Assembly (NCBI GenBank): GCA_016215025.1
Contig: JACRMI010000010.1
Span: 12,331-76,330 of the forward strand
Length of the DNA stretch: 64,000 nucleotides
From: Chloroflexota bacterium
GTDB lineage: Bacteria; Chloroflexota; Anaerolineae; UBA4142
Reading direction: 5' to 3'
The position numbers and the translations under genes are program-made. This document shows, one piece after another, positions 38,212 through 48,828 of this stretch. The notes below the pieces were generated by a model. It ran no database searches and was not told the origin of the DNA. It saw only the letters and a program-made list of their open reading frames with translations. Each line of letters opens with the position of its first letter. Within the stretch, counting starts at the first letter, position 1.

Positions 38212-38254
38212 GACGAATGCCTCTGGCATACTTTGTATGTTAGAGGCATTCGTC
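38212..38254. promoter_or_regulatory. 13-bp perfect inverted repeat GACGAATGCCTCT-N17-AGAGGCATTCGTC upstream of hyaA
   Basis: Seen directly. It lies about 50 bp upstream of the hydrogenase small-subunit start codon and is a candidate operator or 5'UTR structure. Confidence 0.5.
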
Positions 38255-38305
38255 TATTCTGCGCTGTCCCGCTAATCTCTCAAGGAAGGAGAGGAGGTTG
38301 TCCTC

Positions 38306-39418
38306 ATGCATGATTTCCCCAATGGCTTGGAAAGCGAACTCGAACGAAAGGGTGTGACCCGCCGAGATTTCCTCAAATTTTGTTCGGCGATGGCGGCAAC
38401 ACTTGTTCTTCCCCCGCGTTACGTTGATCGAATTGCAAATGCACTCGCTGCAGCTCCCCGTCCTCCGCTCGTCTGGCTCGAATTTCAAGATTGCGCCGGT
38501 AACACCGAAGCACTTTTGCGCACGAGTCGCCCCACCGTTGGCGATATCGTCCTCAACACGCTCTCGGTTGATTATCACGAAACGATCATGGCTCCCGCCG
38601 GTAAAGCCGCAGAAAAATCCTTGTATGATACGATCGAAAAAAACAAGGGCAAATATCTTTGCGTCGTCGAAGGATCGATTCCGATGAAGGATGGCGGCGT
38701 CTATTGCACCATCGGTGGCAAGACCGCGCTCGATTTGGCGAAGCAAGTCTGCGGTTCAGCCGCTGCAACGATTGCGATTGGTGCATGTTCATTTTCCGGT
38801 GGCTGGCCCGCCGCATCGCCGAATCCGACCGGCGCGGTCGGCGTGAAAGACGCTGTGCCAGGTATCACTTTGATTAACTTGCCTGGCTGTCCTGCGAACG
38901 CCGCAAACATTACGGCGACGGTCGTTCACTATTTGACTTTCGGCGCGTTGCCCGCAACCGATCAACTCGGTCGTCCATTGTTTGCATATGGCAAACGCAT
39001 CCACGACAATTGTGAACGCCGCGCGCATTTCGACGCCGGTCAATTTGTCGAAGAGTGGGGCGACGAACATCATCGCCAAGGTTGGTGCTTGTACAAGATG
39101 GGCTGCAAAGGTCCAGCGACATATCACAACTGTCCGACCGTTCGCTACAACGATGGTATGAGTTGGCCTGTCGGTTCCGGTCATGGCTGCGTGGGTTGCA
39201 GCGAGCCAGCTTTCTGGGACACAATGTCGCCATTTTATCGCCGCTTGCCCAACGTCGATGGTTTTGGCGTGGAATGGCAAGCCGATCAAATCGGGCTGGG
39301 AATTGTCGGCGGTGTGACGGCCGCGTTTGCGGCACACGGCGTCATCAGTGCAGTTCGCGCTCGACAGAATCCCATCGCTGCGCACCAAGATGAATCGACC
39401 GCGAAGAAGGAGAGCTAA
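38306..39418 (+). CDS. hyaA: [NiFe] uptake hydrogenase small subunit (Tat signal)
   Basis: RRDFLKFCSAMAATL twin-arginine signal; Cys clusters of a group-1 small subunit. AGGAGG RBS. Confidence 0.9.
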   Translation: MHDFPNGLESELERKGVTRRDFLKFCSAMAATLVLPPRYVDRIANALAAAPRPPLVWLEFQDCAGNTEALLRTSRPTVGDIVLNTLSVDYHETIMAPAGKAAEKSLYDTIEKNKGKYLCVVEGSIPMKDGGVYCTIGGKTALDLAKQVCGSAAATIAIGACSFSGGWPAASPNPTGAVGVKDAVPGITLINLPGCPANAANITATVVHYLTFGALPATDQLGRPLFAYGKRIHDNCERRAHFDAGQFVEEWGDEHHRQGWCLYKMGCKGPATYHNCPTVRYNDGMSWPVGSGHGCVGCSEPAFWDTMSPFYRRLPNVDGFGVEWQADQIGLGIVGGVTAAFAAHGVISAVRARQNPIAAHQDESTAKKES

Positions 39419-39421
39419 GCC

Positions 39422-41128
39422 ATGCCCAAGATTGCAATCGATCCGGTTACCAGAATCGAAGGACACTTGCGCATCGAAGTTCAAATCGATGGTGGCAAAG
39501 TCACCGATGCTTGGAGTTCCAGCACGATGTTTCGCGGCATGGAAATCATTCTCAAGGGGCGCGACCCGCGCGATGCCTGGGTCTTTACGCAGCGCATCTG
39601 CGGCGTTTGCACGACAGTTCATGCCGCCACGTCGGTGCGTGCCGTCGAAAACGCGCTCGGTATTACGATTCCGCTCAACGCGCAAATCATCCGCAACATC
39701 ATCGAAGGTATTCAGTTCGTCCAAGATCACGTCATTCATTTTTATCATCTGCACGCGCTCGACTGGGTTGACATCGTCAGCGCGTTGAAAGCCGATCCGG
39801 CCGGTACTTCAAAACTCGCGCAGTCGATTTCCGATTGGCACAATTCCTCCGAATCGTATTTCAAAGGCGTGCAAAACAAGATCAAGGCGTTTGTCGATTC
39901 CGGCCAGCTGGGTCCATTCGCGAATGGATACTGGGGACATCCCGCATACAAGTTGCCGCCCGAAGCGAACTTGATGGCGGTCGCGCACTATCTCGAAGCG
40001 CTCGATTGGCAGCGTGAAGTCATTCGCGTTCATGCGATTCTCGGCGCAAAGAATCCGCACTTGCAGACGTACCTCGTCGGCGGCATGTCGGTTCCCATCG
40101 ATCCAAACAGTCAGAACGCGATCAACGCCGACAAACTTGCGCTCATCAAAGGATGGCTCGCGCAAGCGCGTCAGTTTGTCGAAAAAGTTTACATTCCCGA
40201 TTTGCTCGCCGTCGCGCCGTTCTATAAAGACTGGGCGGGCTATGGCGCAGGACTAGGGAATTTCCTCGCGTACGGTGAGTTCCCGCAGGCACCTGATAAT
40301 TCGGACTTGTTTCTCAAGCGCGGTGTTATCTTGGGCAAAGACCTCACCAAAGTTCTACCCATGGATCACCAAAAAGTCGCCGAGTACGTCGCGCACTCGT
40401 GGTACGATTACGGCGCTGGCGATGCCAAAGCGCTGCATCCCTGGGACGGCGAAACGCAGCCGCATTACACCGGACCCAAGCCACCCTATGAATCGATGGT
40501 GGGCGACAATCCGAAATATTCCTGGCTCAAAGCGCCGCGCTACGACGGCAACGCAATGGAAGTCGGTCCGCTCGCGCGTATGCTCGTGTCATACGCTTCC
40601 GGCGTCAAGCCCGTCGTCGATACGGTCAATCTCGTTTTGAAAACGCTCGGCGTTGGTGCGGAAGCATTGTTCTCGACCCTCGGTCGAACGGCAGCACGCG
40701 GAGTTGAAACACTCGTGCTAGCGCAGCAACTTGAGGGCTGGGTCGATGCATTAGCAGCGAATATCAAGCGCGGCGATTTAAAAGTTCACAATGGCGAAAA
40801 ATGGGACCCCAGCAAGTGGCCCGCCGAAGCAAAGGGCTGGGGTTTTCTCGAAGCGCCACGCGGCGCACTGGGACACTGGGTCAGCATCAAGAACGGCGCG
40901 ATCAACAATTATCAATGCGTCGTGCCATCGACGTGGAACGGCTCGCCGCGCGATGCGAACGGCAAACGCGGCGCGTGGGAAGAAGCGCTCATCGGAACGC
41001 CGGTCGCCAATGTCGATCAACCGGTCGAAATCTTGCGCACCGTTCACTCGTTCGATCCGTGTATGGCGTGTTCGGTGCATGTCGTCGATACAAGCGGGCG
41101 CGAGTTGACGAAGGTGCGGGTAATGTGA
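39422..41128 (+). CDS. hyaB: [NiFe] uptake hydrogenase large subunit
   Basis: N-terminal RICGVC and C-terminal DPCMACSVH nickel-binding motifs. Confidence 0.92.
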   Translation: MPKIAIDPVTRIEGHLRIEVQIDGGKVTDAWSSSTMFRGMEIILKGRDPRDAWVFTQRICGVCTTVHAATSVRAVENALGITIPLNAQIIRNIIEGIQFVQDHVIHFYHLHALDWVDIVSALKADPAGTSKLAQSISDWHNSSESYFKGVQNKIKAFVDSGQLGPFANGYWGHPAYKLPPEANLMAVAHYLEALDWQREVIRVHAILGAKNPHLQTYLVGGMSVPIDPNSQNAINADKLALIKGWLAQARQFVEKVYIPDLLAVAPFYKDWAGYGAGLGNFLAYGEFPQAPDNSDLFLKRGVILGKDLTKVLPMDHQKVAEYVAHSWYDYGAGDAKALHPWDGETQPHYTGPKPPYESMVGDNPKYSWLKAPRYDGNAMEVGPLARMLVSYASGVKPVVDTVNLVLKTLGVGAEALFSTLGRTAARGVETLVLAQQLEGWVDALAANIKRGDLKVHNGEKWDPSKWPAEAKGWGFLEAPRGALGHWVSIKNGAINNYQCVVPSTWNGSPRDANGKRGAWEEALIGTPVANVDQPVEILRTVHSFDPCMACSVHVVDTSGRELTKVRVM

Positions 41129-41205
41129 CGAGTGTCAAGTGACAAGGTAAGTAACACGTAAGACGTGACACCTCCCTTGTCACACGTCACATGTCACTTG
41201 TCACA
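41129..41205. repeat. Palindromic element (GTGACAAG / CTTGTCAC and ACGTGACAC / GTCACACGTCAC motifs)
   Basis: AGTGTCAAGTGACAAGGTAAGTAACACGTAAGACGTGACACCTCCCTTGTCACACGTCACATGTCACTTGTCAC in the hyaB-hyaC gap. Confidence 0.8.
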
Positions 41206-41216
41206 TTGGAGGAATT

Positions 41217-41903
41217 ATGTTGCGGCGCATGTATGTTTGGGAAATTCCGGTTCGGCTAACGCATTGGGTCAACGTGTTGGCGATTGTTGTGCTATCGCTC
41301 ACCGGTTACTATATCGGCAATCCGTGGATTCTGGTCAGCTCGCGCGAATGGTATGGTCCCTTTTTTATGGGTAACGTTCGCTTTGTTCACTTTTTGTTCG
41401 CGTTCATTTTCGTTGCGAGCTTGCTCTTGCGCACGTATTGGGCATTTGTCGGCAATGAGTGGGCAAGCTGGCGTGGATTGTTTCCATTTTTGACGGCCGA
41501 AGGCAGAAAAGGAATCGTCAACGCAATCAAGTACTATTTGTTCCTGCGCCGCGAGCCACCCGAAGTCGTCGGACACAATGCGCTCGCCGGCATGACGTAC
41601 GCGGTGATCGTGTTCCTGTACTTTATGCAGGCGCTCACCGGCTTTGCGCTCCTCGGCGAAGTGAATCCGGCGGGCATCTGGCATCCGCTCACCGGTTGGA
41701 TCTTTCGCTTTGTGACTAACCAGGAATTGCGCTTGGTGCATCATCTCATCATGTGGCTGCTCTTTGCGTTTGTGATTCACCACGTCTATGCCGCGATCCT
41801 GATCGACAACGAAGAGGGCAATGGATTGTTGTCGAGCATCTTTAGCGGATTCAAATTCGTCAGCTCAAAACTCCATGATCGCGTGATGGGAAGCAAAGGT
41901 TAA
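41217..41903 (+). CDS. hyaC: Hydrogenase b-type cytochrome subunit
   Basis: 228 aa, 4 TM, His ligands; it follows hyaAB. Confidence 0.85.
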   Translation: MLRRMYVWEIPVRLTHWVNVLAIVVLSLTGYYIGNPWILVSSREWYGPFFMGNVRFVHFLFAFIFVASLLLRTYWAFVGNEWASWRGLFPFLTAEGRKGIVNAIKYYLFLRREPPEVVGHNALAGMTYAVIVFLYFMQALTGFALLGEVNPAGIWHPLTGWIFRFVTNQELRLVHHLIMWLLFAFVIHHVYAAILIDNEEGNGLLSSIFSGFKFVSSKLHDRVMGSKG

Positions 41904-42012
41904 AAAACAGCAAAACCGACGAAGGGCGACAAGAACTCGTCCTCCGTTTTTGACTTGTCTGATCGCCATTGCAGTAAAGCAAATTTTTAATTTGCTAATT
42001 CAAGGAGCTGGG

Positions 42013-42726
42013 ATGGGCAAGCATTTTGTGTTGATTCACGGCGCGTGGCATGGTGGATGGTGCTGGGAGGGGATTATCCAGGAACTAGAGAGAGCAGGGC
42101 ATACCGCCGAAGCGCCGACGATGCCAGGGCACAATCCTAGCGACCAACGTGCTGGAATCACATTGGATCATTACGTGCAAGCGATTGCGGCGGTGCTGAA
42201 TCGACAAACGCAGCCGGTTATCTTGGTTGGGCATTCGAGCGCGGGATTTCTTTTGCAAGTGTCGGCTCCCTGCGCGCCACAAAAAATCGAACGACTTGTG
42301 TTTCACAACGCGTTTATTTTGCCGGAAGGTAAGAGTCAATTCGATCTGGTGCCGCCCGAAGCTGCGCAAGGTATGACGATGGCGGCGAATGCATCGCCGG
42401 ATCAGAGTGTTCCCGTGATCGAGGATTTCGTTCGCAGCGCGTTGATGGCGGGCGAATCGGTCGAAATGCAGAACGCACTCATCGCGCGGTTGGTCCCGCA
42501 ACCGCTGGCGCTTTTCACTACGCCGGTCAGCTCGCAGGCGTTTAGCTTGTTGACGATCCCCAAGTCAGTGCTGTTCTGTCGCGATGATGCGTCGCTTCCG
42601 CCGGGCGCATTCCTGGGCATGGCGCAAGCTCTGGGCGAGTTCAAGCTGGCGGAAATCCCCGGTGGACACGAATCGTTATTCACCAATCCGTCAGCGGTCG
42701 CCAAAGGTTTGCTAGAAATCATCTAG
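42013..42726 (+). CDS. Alpha/beta-hydrolase (methylesterase/SABP2-like)
   Basis: The MGKHFVLIHGAWHGGWCW start is preceded by AGGAG. GHSSAG nucleophile elbow. Confidence 0.75.
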   Translation: MGKHFVLIHGAWHGGWCWEGIIQELERAGHTAEAPTMPGHNPSDQRAGITLDHYVQAIAAVLNRQTQPVILVGHSSAGFLLQVSAPCAPQKIERLVFHNAFILPEGKSQFDLVPPEAAQGMTMAANASPDQSVPVIEDFVRSALMAGESVEMQNALIARLVPQPLALFTTPVSSQAFSLLTIPKSVLFCRDDASLPPGAFLGMAQALGEFKLAEIPGGHESLFTNPSAVAKGLLEII

Positions 42727-42826
42727 CGATTGTTGAAAGCTGCATGAGTACAAATCGATCAAGGTCAAGCCCGAAGAAGATTAGCCAATTCTTCGGGCTA
42801 GAGTTGTTTTTTCGGAGGAGAGCATC

Positions 42827-43162
42827 ATGGGCAAAGTTGACTGCCCAGCGGAATGGAAGCCGCATCCACATTTTCCGCGCGTGTTTTTGAAACCGCTCAT
42901 CACGAGCGAAATAAATCCAGAGTTGACGTTGTCACTCGTGCGGCTGGAACCGGGCGGCGAAATTCCTCCACACACTCACGCGCAATCGACCGAGACGGTC
43001 TACGTTCTCTCAGGACGCGGAATGTGCCGGATCGGCTCTGAGGAATTTAATCTCGAACCTGGCGTATGCTGTTACGCTCCACCGGACATGACGCACTTGG
43101 TTTGCAACACGGGCGACTCGGTTCTCGAAGCGATTTCAATTTTCAATCCGCCGCTGACGTGA
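42827..43162 (+). CDS. Cupin-domain protein
   Basis: 111 aa with a conserved-barrel His motif (GGEIPPHTHAQSTETVYVLSGRG). Confidence 0.7.
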   Translation: MGKVDCPAEWKPHPHFPRVFLKPLITSEINPELTLSLVRLEPGGEIPPHTHAQSTETVYVLSGRGMCRIGSEEFNLEPGVCCYAPPDMTHLVCNTGDSVLEAISIFNPPLT

Positions 43163-43172
43163 AATCATATCG

Positions 43173-43658
43173 ATGAAAACTCTCATTCTTGGTCTCGGAA
43201 ATATTTTGTTGCAGGATGAAGGCGTGGGCGTGCGCGTCATCGAACACTTGCAAGCGAATTACGTTTTTCCCGACGATGTTTTGGTTCTCGATGGCGGTAC
43301 GCTTGGACTCGATCTGCTCGCGTACATCGAGGACTCGTCGCACATCCTCATCGTCGATGCGGTCAAGGCGGACAAGGAGCAGGGCGCGTTGATTCGACTC
43401 GTCAACGACGAAATTCCAGCGTTCCTGGGTCCCAAAGTTTCGCCACATCAAGTGGGCTTGCAAGATTTGCTCGCGCTCGCCAAATTGCGTGGACATTTCC
43501 CCGACGAAGTAATTCTGTGGGGCGTGCAAGCTGACATCTTTGAACCGGGTTTGGAATTAAATCCAAAAATCAGTGCGCAAGTTGAACCGGTTGCGAAGCA
43601 TGTGCTGGAAGAATTGGCGCGGTGGAATGTGACGGTGCAGCGTGAAGTGCCGGCGTAA
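43173..43658 (+). CDS. hyaD: Hydrogenase maturation endopeptidase (HyaD/HybD family)
   Basis: The MKTLILGLGNILLQDEGVGVRV N-terminus is typical of the HyaD/HybD/HycI proteases. Confidence 0.85.
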   Translation: MKTLILGLGNILLQDEGVGVRVIEHLQANYVFPDDVLVLDGGTLGLDLLAYIEDSSHILIVDAVKADKEQGALIRLVNDEIPAFLGPKVSPHQVGLQDLLALAKLRGHFPDEVILWGVQADIFEPGLELNPKISAQVEPVAKHVLEELARWNVTVQREVPA

Positions 43659-43705
43659 TCGATTGCAGCATATGAATCGCGATGGGTGAAAGGAGTAAAC
43701 GGACC

Positions 43706-44143
43706 ATGACAATTGTCGCGCAGGTTCTACAGGTTAAAGGAAATACCGTCTGGACGATAGCACCCGATGCGACGGTGTATGCAGCACTTGAGTTGATGGC
43801 AGTCAAAGACGTCGGCGCGCTACTTGTGCTTGAACAAAATGAGCTGGTTGGGATTTTATCGGAGCGAGACTATGCGCGCAAAGTCATCTTGAAAGGCAAG
43901 TTTTCCAAGGACACCCAGGTTCGAGAAATCATGACGGATGTCGTGTTTTTCGTTCGCCCTGACCAAACCATCGAAGAGTGCATGACGTTGATGACGGCTA
44001 AGCGTGTTCGCCATCTGCCAGTCATCGCGCAAGGTAAATTGGTCGGAGTGATTTCAATTGGCGATGTGGTCAAGTCGCTAATCTCTGATCAAGAATTGCT
44101 GATCCGCGATCTCGAAAATTATATCACGGGGAGCCGTGGCTAA
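43706..44143 (+). CDS. CBS-domain pair protein
   Basis: Two CBS repeats. The start is trimmed to MTIVAQ, which has AAAGGAG upstream. Confidence 0.7.
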   Translation: MTIVAQVLQVKGNTVWTIAPDATVYAALELMAVKDVGALLVLEQNELVGILSERDYARKVILKGKFSKDTQVREIMTDVVFFVRPDQTIEECMTLMTAKRVRHLPVIAQGKLVGVISIGDVVKSLISDQELLIRDLENYITGSRG

Positions 44144-44576
44144 CTCGAAGATGCGACGGCTTGGCTTTTGGCTCATCCTCATTTTGGCGATCGTCGGCGC
44201 ATGGCTCACTCTGCCGCGTACCGAAAATCGGCTGCCGAACGATTATGCATCGCTCACGCCGCCCACGAATTTCGATTCGGTTGACAGCATTGCCGCGGGG
44301 CGAGAAATTTTTCTAGCGAGTTGCGCGGCTTGTCACGGCGTCAATGGCAACGGGCAAGGCGCGGTCAAGCCGACGTTTGGACTCAAGCCAAGCGATTTCA
44401 CCGATCGCACGCAAACTCAACGTCGCACACCGCAATATCTTTTCTGGCGCATGAGCGAAGGCGGACAGAGCGAGCCGTTCCGTGCGCAAGGTTCGATTAT
44501 GCCGGCGTGGAAATTTCAATTGAGCGAACAACAGCGTTGGCAAATGGTTGCTTATCTATTGACCTTGGCGCGATAG
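44136..44576 (+). CDS. Class I c-type cytochrome (single CxxCH)
   Basis: Signal/TM anchor plus a CAACHG heme-binding motif. Confidence 0.75.
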   Translation: MANSKMRRLGFWLILILAIVGAWLTLPRTENRLPNDYASLTPPTNFDSVDSIAAGREIFLASCAACHGVNGNGQGAVKPTFGLKPSDFTDRTQTQRRTPQYLFWRMSEGGQSEPFRAQGSIMPAWKFQLSEQQRWQMVAYLLTLAR

Positions 44577-44613
44577 TTCATCCGCGAATCACGCGAATAA
44601 AACCGGACTTGCT

Positions 44614-44694
44614 TGTCATTCTGAGCGGAGCGGTTTTTGCGGAGCGAAGAATCTCGCTCTGCAAAGCGAGACCCTTCGCTTCGCTCAGGGTGAC
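44614..44694. repeat. Hairpin repeat TGTCATTCTGAGCGGAGCGG...CTTCGCTTCGCTCAGGGTGACA (family copy 3)
   Basis: Related to the copy at 3573 and sharing its right arm CTTCGCTTCGCTCAGGGTGACA; lies between the cytochrome c gene and fdnG. Confidence 0.85.
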
Positions 44695-44806
44695 AAACAA
44701 AAATTCGCGCGATTCGCGGATAAATAAAGGGAGGTGATGGAACAAAACAGCAAACGATTTGACGGGTTGGTAAAACGCTCGAAATTCAAAGGGAGGAGAA
44801 AGTATC

Positions 44807-47800
44807 ATGTCTGTTTCGCGACGCGATTTTCTCAAACTCGGCGGCGCAGCGGCAGGTGGGCTAGTTCTGGGAACTGGCTTGCCGCATCAAGCTTCGGCGA
44901 GTGGCGAAGATCAAAATTTCTTGCTCCACAAAAAAGTGGGCGAGGTCACGACGATCTGCACGTACTGCGCCGTGGGCTGCGGTCAGGTTGTTGGTGTCCA
45001 AGGCGGCAAGGTGGTCAACATCGAAGGCGATCCCGATCACCCGATCAATCGCGGCACGCTGTGCAGTAAAGGCGCAGCCAACTGGCAACTTATCTACAGT
45101 CCCGAACGTGTCACCAAGGTCCAATACCGCGCACCCGGTTCGGACAAGTGGGAAGAAAAATCATGGGACTGGGCGCTCGATCGCATCGCGCAAAAAATCA
45201 AAGAGACGCGCGACAAGAGCTTTATCGAAAAAGACAAGGACGGCGCGACCGTCAATCGACTCGAAGCGATTGGCTATTTGGGCGGCGCGCAACACACCAA
45301 CGAAGAAGTCTATTCCTGGGTCAAAGCCGCACGCGCTCTCGGTATCGTTTACCTAGAGCATCAGGCCCGGATCTGACACTCCAGCACCGTCGCCAGTTTG
45401 GCGGCAGCGTTTGGACGTGGTGCGATGACAAATCACATCTCCGATTTCGGCAACTCGGATGTGATTTGGATTATGGGCGGCAATCCCGCCGAAAATCACC
45501 CGGTCGCTTTCAAGTGGGTGACCAAAGCGATGGAAAAAGGCGCAAAGCTGATCGTGGTCGATCCGCGCGTGACGCGCAGCGCCGCATCGGCAACGCTTTA
45601 TGCGCCGATTCGGTCCGGCACCGACATTGCGTTTATGGGTGGGTTGATCAGTTACATTCTGCAAAACAAATTGTACCAAGAAGAGTACGTGCGCGAGTAC
45701 ACCAACGCGGCACTCCTCGTCAACTCCAAGTTCGATTTTAGCGAGGGTCTCTTTAGCGGCTACAATCCAACCACTAAAGCGTACGACAAATCGACTTGGA
45801 CGTATCAGCTTGACGACAAGGGCATTCCCAAGCGCGACTCAACCATGAGCGATCCACAATGCGTTTTGCAGTTGATGCAAAAACACTATTCGCGGTACAC
45901 GCTCGACAAGGTTTCGCAGATCACCGGTACGCCGAAAGATTTGCTGGAACAAGTCTACAGGATGTATTCGGAAACAGGCAAGCCCGACAAAGCCGGCGCG
46001 ATCATCTACGCGATGGGGCAGACGCAGCATACGTACGGCACGCAAAATGTCGAATCGCTTGCGCTCGTGCAATTGCTTTTGGGCAATGTCGGCGTTGCCG
46101 GTGGCCAAGTCGCGGCGATGCGCGGTTTGCACAACGTTCAGGGATCGACCGACATGGCGGCGCTCTATGGCAACTTGCCGGGTTATCTTGCCGCGCCTAC
46201 GGTCAAGGACCAGTCGGTTGCGGATTACACCAAGCGCGTTGTTCCGACGACGAACGATCCCAAGAGTTTGAACTGGTGGAAGAACTATCCCAAGTACATC
46301 GTGAGTCAACTCAAAGCCTGGTTCGGCGATGCGGCAACCAAGGACAATGATTTCGCGTTCAATTGGTTACCCAAGATGGCAGCGGGCAAGGATTACTCGC
46401 ACATTCCGCTCTTTGAAGCGATGAATGCCGGCGACATGAAAGGATTCCTCTGCATCGGACAGAATCCGGCCGTGGGTGGGCCTAATGCCAGCATGGAACG
46501 CGAAGCACTGTCCAAGCTCGATTGGATGGTTGTATCGGAACTGTGGGAAACGGAAACGGCGGCGTTCTGGAAACGCCCCGGCGTCAAGTCGGCCGACATC
46601 AAGACCGAAGTGTTCTTGCTCCCCGCCGCTTCCTGGGTCGAACGCGAAGGTAGCGTGACGAACACCGGTCGCTGGGTGCAGTGGCGCAACAAAGCTATCG
46701 ATCCCGTGGGTGATAGTAAGCCCGATTTGTGGATCGTCAATCAAATTATGAATCGCGTGCGCGCACTGTACAAAAACGGCGGCGCATTCCCCGATCCCAT
46801 CGTCAAGCTCGATTGGAACTATGGCGACGGTTTGCCGAGCGCGCAGACCATTGCGAAAGAAATCAACGGCCGCGCTGTGGTCGATGTGAAAGACGATAAG
46901 GGTACGGTGTTGATCGCGCAAGGCAAACAAGTTCCCGCATTCGCGTCTCTGCGCGATGATGGAACGACGACGTGCGGCAATTGGATTTACTGCGGGTATT
47001 ACACCGATGCAGGCAATATGTCGGCGCGGCGCGATAACAGCGATCCGACCGGTCTGTATCTCTACTCCGGTTGGGCGTGGAACTGGCCTGTCAATCGCCG
47101 CATCCTCTACAATCGTGCCTCGGTTCGACCCGATGGAACACCCTGGGATCCGAAACGCGCGCCGTTGAAATGGAACGCTGCCACATCGACGTGGAGCGGC
47201 GACGTGATCGATGGCGGGGGCAATCCCGGCGCGATCTATCCATTCATCATGAACAACGAAGGTGTCGCGCGATTGTTTGCGGCAGGTCTCGCGGACGGTC
47301 CGTTCCCCGAACACTATGAACCCTGGGAAAGTCCAGTGCAGAATCTGCTCTCCAAGCAGCAGATAAATCCCATCGCCAAGATCTACGAGTCGAACTTGAA
47401 CAAGCGCGGCGAAGCGAGCAAGTATCCGATTATCGGCACGACGTATCGTCTGAGCGAACACATGCAAGCGGGCGCGATGACGCGCAACTTGCCGTGGCTC
47501 AACGAAGTCCAGCCCGCGCCATTCGTCGAAATGAGCGAGCAGCTTGCAACGGAAAAAGGCATCAAGAATGGCGACCGAGTGGTTGTCGAAAATACGCGCG
47601 GTAAAGTCGAAATGGTCGCACTCGTGACCAAGCGTTTCAAGCCGTTCAAGATCGGCGACAAGACGGTGCACCAAGTCGGCATCCCTTGGCACTGGGGCTA
47701 TGAAGGTCTGGCGACCGGTGACAGCGCGAACAATCTGACACCGCACGTCGGCGATGCGAACACCACGATCCCAGAATACAAAGCGTGGCTCTGTGATGTG

Positions 47801-47812
47801 AGGAAGGCATAA
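44807..47812 (+). CDS. fdnG: Formate dehydrogenase-N alpha subunit, selenocysteine-containing (in-frame UGA at 45374-45376), Tat signal
   Basis: The ORF track splits it at the TGA. The flanking sequence ...EHQARI[U]HSSTVASLAAAFGRGAMTNH matches the E. coli FdnG ...QARVUHGPTVASLAPTFGRGAMTNH. N-terminus RRDFLKLGGAAAG. Confidence 0.92.
45377..45425 (+). promoter_or_regulatory. Putative bacterial SECIS element downstream of the UGA
   Basis: Hairpin-capable CCGTCGCCAGTTTGGCGGCAGCG begins about 11 nt after the UGA. Its position is as expected, but no structure was computed. Confidence 0.4.
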
Positions 47813-47887
47813 GTCCCCCTGAGTTCCACTAGTTCCCTTATTTCCTTTGGAAGAAGGAACTGAGGGAACTCGGAGGAACTCTGGGAA
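47813..47887. repeat. Simple-repeat palindrome (GTTCC units / GGAAC units)
   Basis: GAGTTCCACTAGTTCCCTTATTTCCTTTGGAAGAAGGAACTGAGGGAACTCGGAGGAACTC in the fdnG-fdnH gap. Confidence 0.8.
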
Positions 47888-47918
47888 TTGAGACTTTCGC
47901 AAAGGATTATGACGATGA

Positions 47919-48712
47919 TAAAATCAATGTTAATTGACACTTCCGTCTGTATCGGTTGCAAGGGTTGCCAGGTGGCATGCAAAGAATGGTGGAACCTCGC
48001 GGCGACGCCGACGACCCAGATCGGTACGTACGAAAATCCACTCGATCTGAACGCGAACACGTTAACACGCATTCGGTTCAATGAGTACGAATCGAACGGC
48101 AAAGTGCGTTGGCTCTTTTTGAAATGGGGCTGTATGCACTGCACGGACGCCGCCTGCGTCGATGTGTGTCCGACGGCTGCGCTCAAGAAAAATTCGCTCG
48201 GTTTCGTTTCGCTCGAACGCGAACTATGCAACGGCTGCGGCTATTGTTCGCAGGCGTGTCCGTTCAACATCCCGCGCATGGACACAAGCGATGCGTTGAC
48301 CGGCGCAGCCAAAGCGACCAAGTGTACGTTCTGCCAAGATCGGGTGTCGAACGAACTGACGCCGGCGTGCGTCAAGACGTGTCCTGCGACCGCGCTTAGC
48401 TTTAATGATCGTGACAAGGTGCTCGCCACCGCGAAATCCCGCGTCGAAGATTTGAAGAAGCTGGGTTATGCCGAAGCACGTGTCTACGGCGAAACCGAAC
48501 TCGGTGGACTCGGTCGTGTCTATGTGCTGACTGCGCCCGCAGCCGCATACGGCTTGCCAGAGAAACCGGAATATCCGGCGCTGGCGGGCTTGTGGCAAAA
48601 TGTCGTTCAGCCGTTCGGCTATGTTGCAACGGGTCTCGTCGCCGCAGGTCTGGCGATCAACTGGTTCGCCACGCGTCGCGCGCACCTCGGCGATGTAGAA
48701 ACAGTCAAATAG
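47919..48712 (+). CDS. fdnH: Formate dehydrogenase-N iron-sulfur (beta) subunit
   Basis: Four CxxCxxCxxxCP ferredoxin motifs plus a C-terminal TM anchor. Confidence 0.9.
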
Positions 48713-48825
48713 TCATCTAGTCGTATAGTCGGAGAGTCAATTAGTCAGGTCGTCACAAGAAAACTGACTAACTGGCAAGTGACTATTTGACTATTTGACT
48801 ACTCGACTATAAGACTCGGAGAATA
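48705..48825. repeat. Simple-repeat palindrome, TAGTC family (largest copy)
   Basis: CAAATAGTCATCTAGTCGTATAGTCGGAGAGTCAATTAGTCAGGTCGTC...GTGACTATTTGACTATTTGACTACTCGACTATAAGACTCGG in the fdnH-fdnI gap. Confidence 0.85.
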
Positions 48826-48828
48826 AAA

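Noticed and set aside
38789-39754. 321-aa minus-strand ORF (and similar antisense ORFs 57355..58182, 32034..32834, 28410..29192, 45839..46309)
   Set aside because: All overlap strongly conserved plus-strand genes (hyaA/hyaB, hypE, flotillin, the PBP-like gene, fdnG) and have low-complexity, Arg-rich translations.
44807-45376. Truncated formate dehydrogenase fragment / pseudogene (two ORFs split at 45376)
   Set aside because: The in-frame TGA sits exactly at the conserved selenocysteine position of FdnG, so this is one intact selenoprotein gene.
46367-47902. 511-aa minus-strand ORF
   Set aside because: Antisense to the fdnG selenoprotein gene, whose conservation is unambiguous.
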